A stretch of DNA of 35,643 bases from a virus (Duplodnaviria > Caudoviricetes): positions 1 to 35,643 of IMG/VR virus record IMGVR_UViG_3300032320_002072. One strand, given 5' to 3'. Below, in pieces: positions 9,929 through 20,226 of the stretch. Under the pieces are notes generated by a model. That model saw only the letters and a program-made list of their open reading frames with translations. It searched no databases and was not told the origin of the DNA. The translations under genes were made by a program, and so were the position numbers. Every line of letters starts with the position of its first letter. The first letter of the stretch is position 1.

Positions 9929-10777
9929 ATGAATTTAGACTTGATTCAAAACAAGTTGAATGCCCTATCCGCACCTAAAGGAGGTGGCACAAAAAACAAT
10001 GAAAGAGCATTAAGCTTTTGGAAACCAACAGTTGGAAAAGCCTTAGTAAGGTTTGTTCCTTCAAAGTACAATCCCGAAAATCCATTTAGAGAATTATATT
10101 TCCATTATGGAATCGGAAAAAGAACAATTATTTCACCTTCAAACTTTGGTGAAAAAGACCCAATCATCGAATTTTCTAAAGAACTTCGTAAAACTAAAGA
10201 ACCTGAAAACTGGAAATTAGCTAAAAAACTTGAACCAAAAATGAGAGTTTTTGCTCCTGTTATCGTTAGAGGTGAAGAAGACAAAGGAGTACGTTTATGG
10301 GAATTTGGTAAGGAAATTTATCAATCATTACTATCATTAGCTGCTGATGAGGATATCGGAGATTTTACCGATATCATGGAAGGTAGAGATATGAAAATTG
10401 AAACAGTAGGACCTGAAACTACAGGAACTGAGTACAATAAATCTCGTATTATGCCTGCTTTAAAAACTTCACCATTATGTAATGATAATGATGAGTTAAA
10501 CAAATGGTTAGAAACACAACCAGACCCAACTTCATTCTCAAAACGTTATACTTTTGAAGAAATTAAACAATTCTTAGCTGAATGGTTAAACCCAGAAGAA
10601 GAAGTTAAAGAAGAAGGTAGTATAATGGATGGTCCTGCTACGGATTTTGAACCATCAACACCATCAGCATCTAAATTTGAATTAGATACTAAAAAACCAG
10701 TTGCGAATAAAGCATTCCCAGCTAAAAAAGAAATCCCAACCGCTGATGAGTTTGATGACTTATTTGGTGATAATTAA
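9929..10777 (+). CDS. Single-stranded DNA-binding protein (T4 gp32-like)
   Basis: FWKPT.G...VRFVP, GVRLWEFGKEIY, DFTDIMEGRD; acidic tail DEFDDLFGDN. Confidence 0.8.
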   Translation: MNLDLIQNKLNALSAPKGGGTKNNERALSFWKPTVGKALVRFVPSKYNPENPFRELYFHYGIGKRTIISPSNFGEKDPIIEFSKELRKTKEPENWKLAKKLEPKMRVFAPVIVRGEEDKGVRLWEFGKEIYQSLLSLAADEDIGDFTDIMEGRDMKIETVGPETTGTEYNKSRIMPALKTSPLCNDNDELNKWLETQPDPTSFSKRYTFEEIKQFLAEWLNPEEEVKEEGSIMDGPATDFEPSTPSASKFELDTKKPVANKAFPAKKEIPTADEFDDLFGDN

Positions 10778-10784
10778 TTAATTT

Positions 10785-11855
10785 ATGGCCGGTAAAAAAA
10801 CAGAAAGCCTTTCCGGTAATATCGGAAAGGCAGTTACTGGGACTTTCTCACTTGATAAGTTCAAAAAAGGTAAAAATCTAGGACAAAGTTCATCTAATTT
10901 TAAACCACAAGCGTGGATTAAATTTTCTGATCCTGTTTCTGAAATGTTAGAAATGCCTGGTATTCCTAAAGGACATATCACTTTAGTTAGAGGTCACAGT
11001 AATACAGGTAAAACTACATTATTGATTGAAGCTGCAATCGAAGCACAAAAAACTAATGTACTACCAGTTATTATCATCACTGAGATGAAACACAGTTGGG
11101 AACATTGGTCTGCAATGGGATTTGATTTGGGTGAAACAGTTGATGAAGATGGAAATAAAGATTATAAAGGTTTCTTTATTTATGCAGATAGAGAATCATT
11201 ACAATCTATTGAAGATGTAGCTGCATTTATTGCTGATTTATTAGATGAGCAAAAGAAAGGTAATTTACCTTATGATTTATTATTCTTATGGGATTCAATT
11301 GGATCTATTCCATGTCAGATGTCTATCGATAAGAATACTAATTCACCAATGTGGAATGCAGGTGCTATGTCTCAACAATTTGCTAACTTTATCAATCAAA
11401 GATTGATTATGTCTCGTAAAGAATCTCAAACATACACTAACACAATGCTTTGTGTAAACAAAGTATGGGTTGAACCAGCACTTATGCCAATGGCTCAGCC
11501 AAAATTACGGAATAAAGGCGGTGATAGTATGTTTTTTGATGCCTCATTCATTATTACCTTTGGTAACGTAACTAGTCCTGGTACTCAAAAAGTAAAAGCT
11601 ACTAAAAACGGTAAAGAAATTGAATTTGCTTTAAAAACCAAAGTATCTTGTGATAAAAATCACGTAACAGGTGTAACAGCCAAAGGTACTATTGTAAGTA
11701 CTGCTCACGGGTTTATTAAGAATTCACCTAATGAGATAAACAAATATAAAAAAGAACACTCTAAAAATTGGGCTAGTATCTTAGGAAGCGATGATTTTGA
11801 TATCGTTGAAGAAGAAAACCTTGATTTCTTAGGAGTAGACACATCTGAAATTTAA
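10785..11855 (+). CDS. uvsX: RecA/UvsX-like recombinase
   Basis: Walker A GHSNTGKT; Walker B-like FLWDSIGS; KGG motif; adjacent to the SSB gene. Confidence 0.8.
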   Translation: MAGKKTESLSGNIGKAVTGTFSLDKFKKGKNLGQSSSNFKPQAWIKFSDPVSEMLEMPGIPKGHITLVRGHSNTGKTTLLIEAAIEAQKTNVLPVIIITEMKHSWEHWSAMGFDLGETVDEDGNKDYKGFFIYADRESLQSIEDVAAFIADLLDEQKKGNLPYDLLFLWDSIGSIPCQMSIDKNTNSPMWNAGAMSQQFANFINQRLIMSRKESQTYTNTMLCVNKVWVEPALMPMAQPKLRNKGGDSMFFDASFIITFGNVTSPGTQKVKATKNGKEIEFALKTKVSCDKNHVTGVTAKGTIVSTAHGFIKNSPNEINKYKKEHSKNWASILGSDDFDIVEEENLDFLGVDTSEI

Positions 11856-11857
11856 TT

Positions 11858-12886
11858 ATGGATTATAAAGATCTTTTAAACAACATAAAAGAAGATTCAC
11901 AAAGTGAGGCCCTACATTTAAATAGTAGGGTCTTATTGGTGGATAGTATGAATACTTTCCTAAGATCATTCGCTGTTATAAACAGCACAAACACACAAGG
12001 AACACACGTTGGGGGTATGATTGGGTTTTTAAGATCATTAGCTTATGTAGTTAATTTAGTACAACCTACTAGAGTAATTTGTGTTTTTGATGGTGAAGGG
12101 AATACTACAAATAGAAAACATTTGTATGCTGATTACAAAGGTAATCGTAAATTAAAAAGAGTAACAAATTGGTCTTCATTTGATAATTTAGAAGAAGAAT
12201 CTGCTTCATTATCACAACAAATGTTAAGATTAATTGATTATTTAAAAACATTACCTATTAGCATTATAACTAGAGATAAATTAGAAGCAGATGACTTAAT
12301 TGGTTATCTAGCCCCTAGATTTGATTCATCAATTATAATGTCAGCCGATCAGGATTTCTTACAATTGTGTAGTGATACTGTACAAGTATACTCTCCTATT
12401 AAGAAGAAATTTTATGGTCCTAAAGAAGTATTTGATGAATATGGATTATGGCCTCAAAACTTTATTAACTATAAAGTACTAATGGGTGATAGTTCTGATA
12501 ATTTACCTGGAGTAAAAGGATTAGGTCCTAAAAAATTATTTAAATTATTTCCTGAACTTACTGAAGATACTAAAGTAACTCTTCAAGAAATTATTCAAAA
12601 AGGACATGATAAGCATGAAGAAAATGGAATTTATGGTAATGTTTATTTATTTAGAAAACAACTAGAAATAAATGAGCAATTAATGTCATTAGAAAATCCT
12701 AATATTCCTGATTATGATACTGAAGTATTAGAAAATCTATTATTAGAAGATCCTTATACTTTAAACCAAGCAAGATTCTTACAATTACATAAATCAGATT
12801 TGTTAGAAAGACAAATATCTCCCAACATAGAATTTTGGATCCAGAATAATTTTTCGTATCTTACAAATTACAAACATAAAAAATAA
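11858..12886 (+). CDS. 5'-3' exonuclease / RNase H (FEN-like)
   Basis: LLVDSMN, VFDG, YKGNR, LEADD, SADQD and GDSSDNLPGVKGLGPK motifs. Confidence 0.9.
   Translation: MDYKDLLNNIKEDSQSEALHLNSRVLLVDSMNTFLRSFAVINSTNTQGTHVGGMIGFLRSLAYVVNLVQPTRVICVFDGEGNTTNRKHLYADYKGNRKLKRVTNWSSFDNLEEESASLSQQMLRLIDYLKTLPISIITRDKLEADDLIGYLAPRFDSSIIMSADQDFLQLCSDTVQVYSPIKKKFYGPKEVFDEYGLWPQNFINYKVLMGDSSDNLPGVKGLGPKKLFKLFPELTEDTKVTLQEIIQKGHDKHEENGIYGNVYLFRKQLEINEQLMSLENPNIPDYDTEVLENLLLEDPYTLNQARFLQLHKSDLLERQISPNIEFWIQNNFSYLTNYKHKK
12834..12864 (+). promoter_or_regulatory. Possible -33/-7 promoter upstream of the helicase gene
   Basis: TTTG(12834)-N19-TATCTTAC, preceded by TTCG as in other copies. Confidence 0.35.
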
Positions 12887-12897
12887 AAGTTATATAA

Positions 12898-14283
12898 ATG
12901 GTTGCATTCGCTAGTTTAAAGGATTACGGTCCTAATTTTCAAATAAAAGTAATCAATTCTTTACTAAAAAATAAAGCATTTTTACTTAATGTCAGAGACA
13001 TTATTGATGATAGCCATTTCGAACACCCTGGTCATAAGTGGGTTTTAACTGAAACCTTAAAATATTTTGACAAATATCATACAACTCCAACCTTAGATAC
13101 TTTAAAGATTGAGGTTAAAAAAATTGATAATGATATTTTACAAACAGCTGTAAAAGAACAGTTAAAATTAGTTTACACTACTCAATATGATGATCAAGAG
13201 TATGTTGAAGAAGAATTTTCTAATTTTTGTAAAAATCAATTATTAAAAAACGCTCTAATGGATTCAGTAGACTTACTAAAAAGTGGTCATTACGATGATA
13301 TCAGATTACTAATTGATAATGCTTTAAAAGCAGGTGCTGATAAAAATCTAGGTCATGAGTATAAAAAAGATATTGAATCTCGTTATAGAGAATCAAGTAG
13401 AAAAGTAGTACCTACACCTTGGGCGGTATTAAATACATTGCTACAAGGTGGTTTAGGTGGTGGTGACTATGGTTTAATTTATGGTGGTCCTGGTGGTGGT
13501 AAATCATGGGATTTAGTAGCATTAGGTGCATTTGCTGGTTCATTAGGTTATAAAGTAATTCATTATACTTTAGAATTAGGTGAGGATTATGTTGGTAAAA
13601 GATATGATGCTTATTACACAGGTATTTCTGTAAGTGATGTTCACAATTACCAAGATAAAATTAAAGAAATGTTAGAAGAATATGATGATAATATTATCAT
13701 TAAAGAATACCCTTCTAAAGGAGCATCATTAACCACAATTAAATCACATATTCAGAAAACAATGGATTTAGGTTTTACACCTGATTTGATTTTAATTGAT
13801 TATGTAGATTTATTAAAACCACCTTCACGACGTAAGGAAAAGAAGGAAGAAATTGATGATTTACATTATGGAACTAAAGGTTTAGCCAAAGAATTAAATT
13901 TACCTATTTGGTCAGTTTCACAAGTAAATAGAGCAGGTGCTAAAGATGAAATTGTTGAAGGTGATAAATCAGCAGGTTCATATGAAAAACAAGCTATTGT
14001 AGATTTTGGTATGTCTCAATCAAGATTGAAAAAAGATAAAACAGAAGGTACAGGAAGATGGCACATTCAAAAGAATCGTTACGGACCAGATGGTATGACT
14101 TATAATGTCAATATTGATACTTCTTGTGGTCATATTGAAGTGTTAGGAGAGTATGATGATACTGAAGATTACAAAAATCAACCACAAGCTCCTGCATCTA
14201 AATTTGGAGGAATTACCTCTAATGAGAAGAATGCAATGAGTGATCTATTCAAAAACTTTAGTTTAAGCAATGGATCTGAATAA
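12898..14283 (+). CDS. Replicative helicase, DnaB/T4 gp41-like
   Basis: Walker A GGPGGGKS; TLEL, ILIDYVDLL, SQVNR and KNRYG motifs. Confidence 0.9.
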   Translation: MVAFASLKDYGPNFQIKVINSLLKNKAFLLNVRDIIDDSHFEHPGHKWVLTETLKYFDKYHTTPTLDTLKIEVKKIDNDILQTAVKEQLKLVYTTQYDDQEYVEEEFSNFCKNQLLKNALMDSVDLLKSGHYDDIRLLIDNALKAGADKNLGHEYKKDIESRYRESSRKVVPTPWAVLNTLLQGGLGGGDYGLIYGGPGGGKSWDLVALGAFAGSLGYKVIHYTLELGEDYVGKRYDAYYTGISVSDVHNYQDKIKEMLEEYDDNIIIKEYPSKGASLTTIKSHIQKTMDLGFTPDLILIDYVDLLKPPSRRKEKKEEIDDLHYGTKGLAKELNLPIWSVSQVNRAGAKDEIVEGDKSAGSYEKQAIVDFGMSQSRLKKDKTEGTGRWHIQKNRYGPDGMTYNVNIDTSCGHIEVLGEYDDTEDYKNQPQAPASKFGGITSNEKNAMSDLFKNFSLSNGSE

Positions 14284-14316
14284 TATTTATAACCACGTTT
14301 TTAAAAATTAAAAAAT

Positions 14317-15270
14317 ATGTCATTAATCGATAGAAGAGATTTCTACAAACCATTCGAATACCAAGAAGCATTCGATTTTTATTTAGACCAACAACGTTCA
14401 CACTGGCTAGCAGATGAAGTACCTCTAGCATCAGATCTAAACGATTGGAAACAAAAACTTACAGAATCCGAAAAAAACTTAATCGGTAATATTTTAAAAT
14501 CCTTTGCACAAACAGAAGTGCATGTAAATGATTACTGGTCTTCTAAAGTTTCACAATGGTTTCCTAAACCTGAAATTGTAGCTATGACTTCTACTTTTGG
14601 TTCATTTGAAGCAATTCATGCCCAAGCATATGCTCGTTTAAATGAAGCTTTAGATTTAGAAGATTTTAAAGCATTTTTAGAAGATGAAGCTGCTTTAAGT
14701 AAAATTGAGCGATTAACTGAAACTCCAATGGGAACTCTAAGTGAAAAAGCGCAGTCACTCGCTATATTTTCTGCATTCACGGAGGGTGTTAATTTATTTT
14801 CTTCATTCGCAATTTTAATGTCTTTTCAACTGAGAAATTTAATGAAAGGTACAGGACAAATAATTGAGTGGAGTGTAAGAGATGAATCATTACATTCAAA
14901 AGCTGGATGTTGGTTATTTAGAACTTTATTAGATGAAATGCCCGAACTTAATACTGAAGAATTAAGAAATAAAGTAACAGAAGCTTGCCATTTATCAGTA
15001 CAGTTAGAATTTGATTTTATTGAAAAAGCATTTGAAATGGGTGAAGTAGAAGGTTTAAACAGAGCTCAATTACAAAACTTTATTAAAGCAAGAGCTAATG
15101 AAAAAATGATTGAATTAGGTTATAATGCAGTTTATAATGATATTGATCCTAACCTATTAAAACAAATGGAATGGTTTGGTCATTTAACATCAGGTAAAAC
15201 TCACCAAGATTTCTTCGCAGGAAGAGTAACAGATTATGCCAAATCAACTTCAGATTGGTCAGACCTATAA
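14317..15270 (+). CDS. nrdB: Class I ribonucleotide reductase beta subunit
   Basis: EAIHAQAY, EGVNLFSSF and DESLH dimetal motifs; C-terminal DFF. Confidence 0.92.
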   Translation: MSLIDRRDFYKPFEYQEAFDFYLDQQRSHWLADEVPLASDLNDWKQKLTESEKNLIGNILKSFAQTEVHVNDYWSSKVSQWFPKPEIVAMTSTFGSFEAIHAQAYARLNEALDLEDFKAFLEDEAALSKIERLTETPMGTLSEKAQSLAIFSAFTEGVNLFSSFAILMSFQLRNLMKGTGQIIEWSVRDESLHSKAGCWLFRTLLDEMPELNTEELRNKVTEACHLSVQLEFDFIEKAFEMGEVEGLNRAQLQNFIKARANEKMIELGYNAVYNDIDPNLLKQMEWFGHLTSGKTHQDFFAGRVTDYAKSTSDWSDL

Positions 15271-15285
15271 AAATTAATTAACAAC

Positions 15286-17013
15286 ATGAGCGTACACGTA
15301 GACACAACCCAATGGGTTAAGGGTAAAAATTACCCAAATTGGATGGATCAAATAGGATTAGATATAGTTTCAAATGGGTATCTTTTACCTGAAGAAGATG
15401 TGTTTAAAGCTTTTTTAAGAGTAAGTAGAGCATCAGCTCGTAGATTAAAACGTAAGGATTTACAACCTTTATTTTACGAAGCATTAACAAAGAACTGGTT
15501 GTGTTTAGCATCTCCTGTATTATCAAATATGGGTACAGAAAGAGGAATGCCTATTTCATGTTTTGGAATTGATGTTGAAGATTCAATTGAAGGAATTGCA
15601 GGATCTAATTCAGAATTAATGAGATTAACTTCACAAGGTGGTGGAGTAGGTATTGGTTTATCTCGTATTAGAGGTAGAGGTAAACTTATTAAAGATAATG
15701 GAACATCTGAAGGAATTGTACCTTGGGCTAAAATGTTTGATTCAACTATCTTAGCTACAAATCAAGGATCAGTAAGAAGAGGAGCAGCATCAGTAAACTT
15801 ATCAATTAATCATCCAGATATTGAAGAATTTTTAGGAATTAGAAGACCAAAAGGTGATGTTAATAGACAATGTTTAAATTTACACCAATGTGTTTCTATT
15901 GATGATGCTTTTATGAATAGACTTGAGGAAAGAGAGCCAAAAGCTTTAAAACTATGGGGTGAAATTTTAAAAACACGTTTAGAGACAGGTGAACCTTATA
16001 TCATGTATGAAGATAACGTTAATAACGCTAATCCTCAAGCATATAAAAACAATAACCTTAAAGTAACAATGACAAACATTTGTTCTGAAATTGCACTTTA
16101 TACAGATGAGTTACATTCATTTATTTGTTGTTTATCTTCATTAAATCTTGCAAGATGGGATGAATGGAAAGATTACAAATTTGAAAATGGAATGAATTTA
16201 CCTGAATTATCTACATGGTTTTTAGAAGGAGCATTACAAGAGTTCATTGATCGTGCTAAAAACATTAAATTCTTTGAAAATACTGTAAGATCTGCAACAA
16301 AAGGTAGAGCAATTGGTTTAGGTGTATTAGGATGGCATACATTTTTACAATCTAAAGGATTACCATTTACTGGAATACCAGCTGATACTTACACTAGATT
16401 AATGTTTGATTTTATTGAGCAAGGAGCATTAAAAGCTTCCAAAGAACAAGCAGAATTATACGGAGAACCAGAATGGTGCCGAGGAACAGGATTAAGACAT
16501 TCACATCATTTAGCTATTGCACCAACAGTATCAAATGCTCATATTTCAGGTGGTGTTTCACCATCAACAGAACCAATTCCTGCTAATGTTTATAACTTAA
16601 AAACAGCTAAAGGTGTATTCATTAAGAAAAACAGAATATTAGAAAAAGTATTAGAAGCTAAAGGATATAATATTGATAGTATTTGGGAACAAATTCTAAA
16701 AGATAAAGGATCTGTATTAGGTTTACCTGATTATATCTTATCTCCAGAAGAAAAAGAAATATTCTTAACATTTAAAGAAATTAATCAATTAGAGTTAGTA
16801 AGACAAAACGGAATTAGACAAAAATATGTTGATCAAGCAATATCTTTAAATCTTTCATTTGATCCTAATGATACTCCTAAATTTATTAGTTTAGTACACA
16901 AAGAAGCTCATAAATTAGGTATAAAAACATTGTATTATCTTCGTACTGAATCAGTATTACGTGGAGATAATTTACAAAGAACTAATGAAAGTTGTGTATC
17001 ATGTGAAGGATAA
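15286..17013 (+). CDS. nrdA: Class I ribonucleotide reductase alpha subunit (short, no obvious ATP cone)
   Basis: ISCF, GGGVG, TNICSEI, APTVS and KTLYY motifs; C-terminal CVSCEG. Confidence 0.95.
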   Translation: MSVHVDTTQWVKGKNYPNWMDQIGLDIVSNGYLLPEEDVFKAFLRVSRASARRLKRKDLQPLFYEALTKNWLCLASPVLSNMGTERGMPISCFGIDVEDSIEGIAGSNSELMRLTSQGGGVGIGLSRIRGRGKLIKDNGTSEGIVPWAKMFDSTILATNQGSVRRGAASVNLSINHPDIEEFLGIRRPKGDVNRQCLNLHQCVSIDDAFMNRLEEREPKALKLWGEILKTRLETGEPYIMYEDNVNNANPQAYKNNNLKVTMTNICSEIALYTDELHSFICCLSSLNLARWDEWKDYKFENGMNLPELSTWFLEGALQEFIDRAKNIKFFENTVRSATKGRAIGLGVLGWHTFLQSKGLPFTGIPADTYTRLMFDFIEQGALKASKEQAELYGEPEWCRGTGLRHSHHLAIAPTVSNAHISGGVSPSTEPIPANVYNLKTAKGVFIKKNRILEKVLEAKGYNIDSIWEQILKDKGSVLGLPDYILSPEEKEIFLTFKEINQLELVRQNGIRQKYVDQAISLNLSFDPNDTPKFISLVHKEAHKLGIKTLYYLRTESVLRGDNLQRTNESCVSCEG

Positions 17014-17037
17014 AAACTGATAAAATTACTTAAAAAG

Positions 17038-17062
17038 AAGCCCTGGATAACCCAGGGCTTTT
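17038..17062 (+). terminator. Intrinsic terminator
   Basis: AAGCCCTGG-ATAAC-CCAGGGCTT followed by T, after nrdA. Confidence 0.7.
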
Positions 17063-17144
17063 CATATTTATTATAAATTACGTTCTTAGAAATAGTTGTC
17101 GTTAATAGGTTTTAAGTTTTATTAACTTAATTAAATATTTACGT

Positions 17145-17393
17145 ATGGGATTTTTTAGTATTTTCAAAAAATCAAATGATTATAACGAAAAAGTTATCAT
17201 TGGTTTTTTATCGTTTGCAGTAATGGTTGCTGCAATTGTAGTTGACCTAGTTACAGGTTACATGGGTAAAGCACTAGAGTTAAATGAATACATCTTCGAT
17301 GCATTTATGTATATAACTTTAGGTAGTTTTCTTCCTGATGTAATTGAAAAGTTTGCTGGTTTTAGAGGAGGAAACAAGTCTAGCAACGAGTAA
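17145..17393 (+). CDS. Small 2-TM membrane protein (holin/antiholin candidate)
   Basis: Two hydrophobic stretches; first gene of the lysis cassette. Confidence 0.55.
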   Translation: MGFFSIFKKSNDYNEKVIIGFLSFAVMVAAIVVDLVTGYMGKALELNEYIFDAFMYITLGSFLPDVIEKFAGFRGGNKSSNE

Positions 17394-17394
17394 A

Positions 17395-18501
17395 ATGAAA
17401 AACTTATCGAAAGAAGAGTTATTAAGTAGACTTGAAGCAATTAATAGAAGTAACGCTATTATATACTTTGATCTTAGTGGTATAATACTGGGAGTTAATG
17501 ACATTTTCTTGGAAGCTATGGGGTATGGTGCAGGCAACCATGAAGAACTTATTGGTAAACATCATAGCACTTTTATATGTGAGGAGTATGCAAGATCACT
17601 TGAATACGAAAAATTCTGGGACATATTAAGAAGCGGCAAATACTACCAGGGAGAATTTGAAAGAAGACGAAAGGATGGAAGTCTTATTAATCTTCAAGCA
17701 ACCTACAATCCTATCTTTGATGATAGTGGTAAGATTACTAAAATAATGAAAATTGCTACTGACATTAGTACTATTGTTAGTAGTAAAAAACAGATAGATG
17801 CTATTAATAGAAGTACAGCTCTTATTAGTTTTAACATTGATGGATTTATAACAGATGCAAATCCTATATTTTTAGAAACTATGGGGTATAAATCCAATGA
17901 AAAAGATAAAGTCATTGGAAAACATCATAGTATTTTTGTAAGCTATGAATATTCAAAGTCTGATGAATATGCTAAATTTTGGGAAAATTTAAGAAAAGGT
18001 ACAATCTTTGATGGAATATTTGAAAGAAGAAAAGTAGATAACTCTATTGTTTATTTACAAGCAACTTATAATCCTGTACTTGATAGTAAAGGAAATATTA
18101 CTGATGTAGTTAAAATCGCTACTGATGTTACTGAAGCGGTAAATAGTAAAAAGAAAATAGATGAGCTTACAGAGAATTTAACAATTGAATTAGAAAACTC
18201 TGAAAAACTTAAAAAATCAATAGAATTAGAAAAGGATACTGCTTTAAATGATTTAGACGTAGTACTAAAAAAGAGTCAAAATGAGTTAATAAAAGTAATT
18301 GTTAAATGTGCTTTAGCAGTTATAGTTGGAGTAGGTGTTGTAACAACTATATTATATTGGTTAGCAATGCTTACAGGTAAGGACACGCAAATTATTGGCT
18401 CAACTTGGTCAAATATGTTTAGTGTTTTATTGACAAATGCATTTTCAATAGTTGGTACAATTATGGGTATTAAATATGCCACACAAGAAAAAACTAATTA
18501 A
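17395..18501 (+). CDS. Tandem PAS-domain protein with a coiled coil and a C-terminal 2-TM hairpin
   Basis: Two repeats AINRS..I.F...G.I...N..FL..MGY...IGKHHS.F...EY..FW..LR.G...G.FER...LQATYNP..D..G.IT...KIATD. The ATG at 17395, right after the upstream stop, is the likely start. Confidence 0.85.
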   Translation: MKNLSKEELLSRLEAINRSNAIIYFDLSGIILGVNDIFLEAMGYGAGNHEELIGKHHSTFICEEYARSLEYEKFWDILRSGKYYQGEFERRRKDGSLINLQATYNPIFDDSGKITKIMKIATDISTIVSSKKQIDAINRSTALISFNIDGFITDANPIFLETMGYKSNEKDKVIGKHHSIFVSYEYSKSDEYAKFWENLRKGTIFDGIFERRKVDNSIVYLQATYNPVLDSKGNITDVVKIATDVTEAVNSKKKIDELTENLTIELENSEKLKKSIELEKDTALNDLDVVLKKSQNELIKVIVKCALAVIVGVGVVTTILYWLAMLTGKDTQIIGSTWSNMFSVLLTNAFSIVGTIMGIKYATQEKTN

Positions 18502-18513
18502 ACTAGGTATAAT

Positions 18514-18834
18514 ATGTTTAGTGAAGGAGGATGGATAATGGTACTAGGAATAGTACTAGGATTAGGGGTAATATGTGGTGCAGTATACTCTGTACACAGG
18601 ATGTTTGCTAATGCTACTCAAGAGATCTTAGTTAAGTTTATCCTTCTTATATTTACAGCATTAGTTGCCCTATTTATAGTAGATAAGATCATTGCCTGGA
18701 AAGTTGAGTTGATATCGGACGAACAGAATGACCAACTATTCGATTTAATAAAAACCTTAGTACTCATGATATTTTCATATTACTTTGGAACAAAAGGAAG
18801 TCAAAACGAAGACAGTAACAGAAATAAAAATTAA
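18514..18834 (+). CDS. 3-TM membrane protein (holin-like)
   Basis: Three hydrophobic segments ending in SYYFG; directly upstream of the endolysin. Confidence 0.55.
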   Translation: MFSEGGWIMVLGIVLGLGVICGAVYSVHRMFANATQEILVKFILLIFTALVALFIVDKIIAWKVELISDEQNDQLFDLIKTLVLMIFSYYFGTKGSQNEDSNRNKN

Positions 18835-18837
18835 GAT

Positions 18838-19449
18838 ATGAGTTTAAAGAGTTTACAAGAAAAAATAGGAACAACACCTGATGGAGTATTTGGTCCTGGT
18901 ACAATAAAAAAAGCAATGGAGTTTTATAAATTAACTCCAGTCAGAGCAGCACACTTCTTTGCTCAAACAGCACACGAAACAGGAGGTTTCAAATTATTTA
19001 CAGAAAATTTAAACTATTCAGCAGATGGTCTTCAAAAGATCTTCGGAAAATACTTTCCAGGCACTTTAGAAGAATCCTACTCAAGAAACCCTGAAAAGAT
19101 TGCAAATAGAGTTTATGCTTCAAGAATGGGTAACGGTAATGAAGCAAGTGGTGATGGATGGAAATTCAGAGGAAGAGGAGCTCTTCAATTAACAGGTAAA
19201 GACAACTATACGGCATTTGCTCAATATTTACAAAAGCCAGAGATCATGACTACTCCGGATCTAGTAGCAACAACTTACTCTTTTGAGTCAGCAATGTTCT
19301 TCTTTGATAAAAACAAATTGTGGTCAATTTGTGATCAAGGAGTTAATGATGCAGCTATATTAGCTCTTACAAAAAGAATTAATGGTGGTACTCATGGATT
19401 AGAAGATAGAAATCAAAAAACTAAAAAGTATTACGAATACGTAAAATAG
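18838..19449 (+). CDS. Endolysin, glycoside hydrolase family 19, with a short PG-binding-like N-terminus
   Basis: FFAQTAHETGGF, ENLNYS, FRGRGALQLTG, TKRINGG; N-terminal LQ.KIG..PDGVFGPGT. Confidence 0.9.
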   Translation: MSLKSLQEKIGTTPDGVFGPGTIKKAMEFYKLTPVRAAHFFAQTAHETGGFKLFTENLNYSADGLQKIFGKYFPGTLEESYSRNPEKIANRVYASRMGNGNEASGDGWKFRGRGALQLTGKDNYTAFAQYLQKPEIMTTPDLVATTYSFESAMFFFDKNKLWSICDQGVNDAAILALTKRINGGTHGLEDRNQKTKKYYEYVK

Positions 19450-19454
19450 TTACT

Positions 19455-19874
19455 ATGAAAACAGGCTTAACTATTACACTATCAATGTCAACACTACTAG
19501 CCTTTATAGGTACTTATTTCTTTAATCTAACAGCAGATAACATCGAACAATTCCTAGCAGTAGGATTGATTATCTTTGTTGATGGATTCTTCGGGGTGTG
19601 GGCAGGGATGAAAAGAGAAGGATTTCAAACATTTAAAGCATTAAAGGTATTAAAGACATTTGGATTTTGGATGGTAATGCTTGCTTGTATTCTTTCAATT
19701 GAAAAAGGATTTATAGGAATGGGATGGTTAAGTGAAACTATTGTAGCACCATTTATGGTATTTCAATTAATCTCTATACTAAAAAATGCATCAATGGTAG
19801 GTATTGTAAAGAATGAACTACTTACTCAAATATTAGATAAATTAGATAAACATAAAGGAGAAAGAGATGTTTAA
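19455..19874 (+). CDS. Phage holin (holin family 4-like)
   Basis: Multiple TM segments; D.FFG and SILKNA...G motifs; follows the endolysin. Confidence 0.7.
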   Translation: MKTGLTITLSMSTLLAFIGTYFFNLTADNIEQFLAVGLIIFVDGFFGVWAGMKREGFQTFKALKVLKTFGFWMVMLACILSIEKGFIGMGWLSETIVAPFMVFQLISILKNASMVGIVKNELLTQILDKLDKHKGERDV

Positions 19875-20226
19875 AGATAAACAGAATGTCTTATTATTAA
19901 TCATCGTTATATTAGCAGGTTGGAATATACTTACAACCAGTAGAATTAAAACTGATATAAACGGTTATAAAGATAAGATCGAATCTATACAAACCAAAAT
20001 AGATTCAGCAAAGACAATAAATGCAAGTATTGACACAAAGATCGATTCAGTTAAAGAAAAAGTTATAACTATTAATAACGAAGTACACCATATAGATAAA
20101 ACAATAACAGTTGTAAAACAAAAAACAAATGAAAAAATTAATACTATTAACAAGTTTTCTAATCCTGAGTTGGAATACTTTTTCACAAACCGCTACAACC
20201 CAAACCTTAACGGTAGTAAAAACTGA
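19867..20226 (+). CDS. Putative inner-membrane spanin-like protein
   Basis: N-terminal TM segment plus coiled coil; overlaps the next gene. Confidence 0.5.
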   Translation: MFKDKQNVLLLIIVILAGWNILTTSRIKTDINGYKDKIESIQTKIDSAKTINASIDTKIDSVKEKVITINNEVHHIDKTITVVKQKTNEKINTINKFSNPELEYFFTNRYNPNLNGSKN

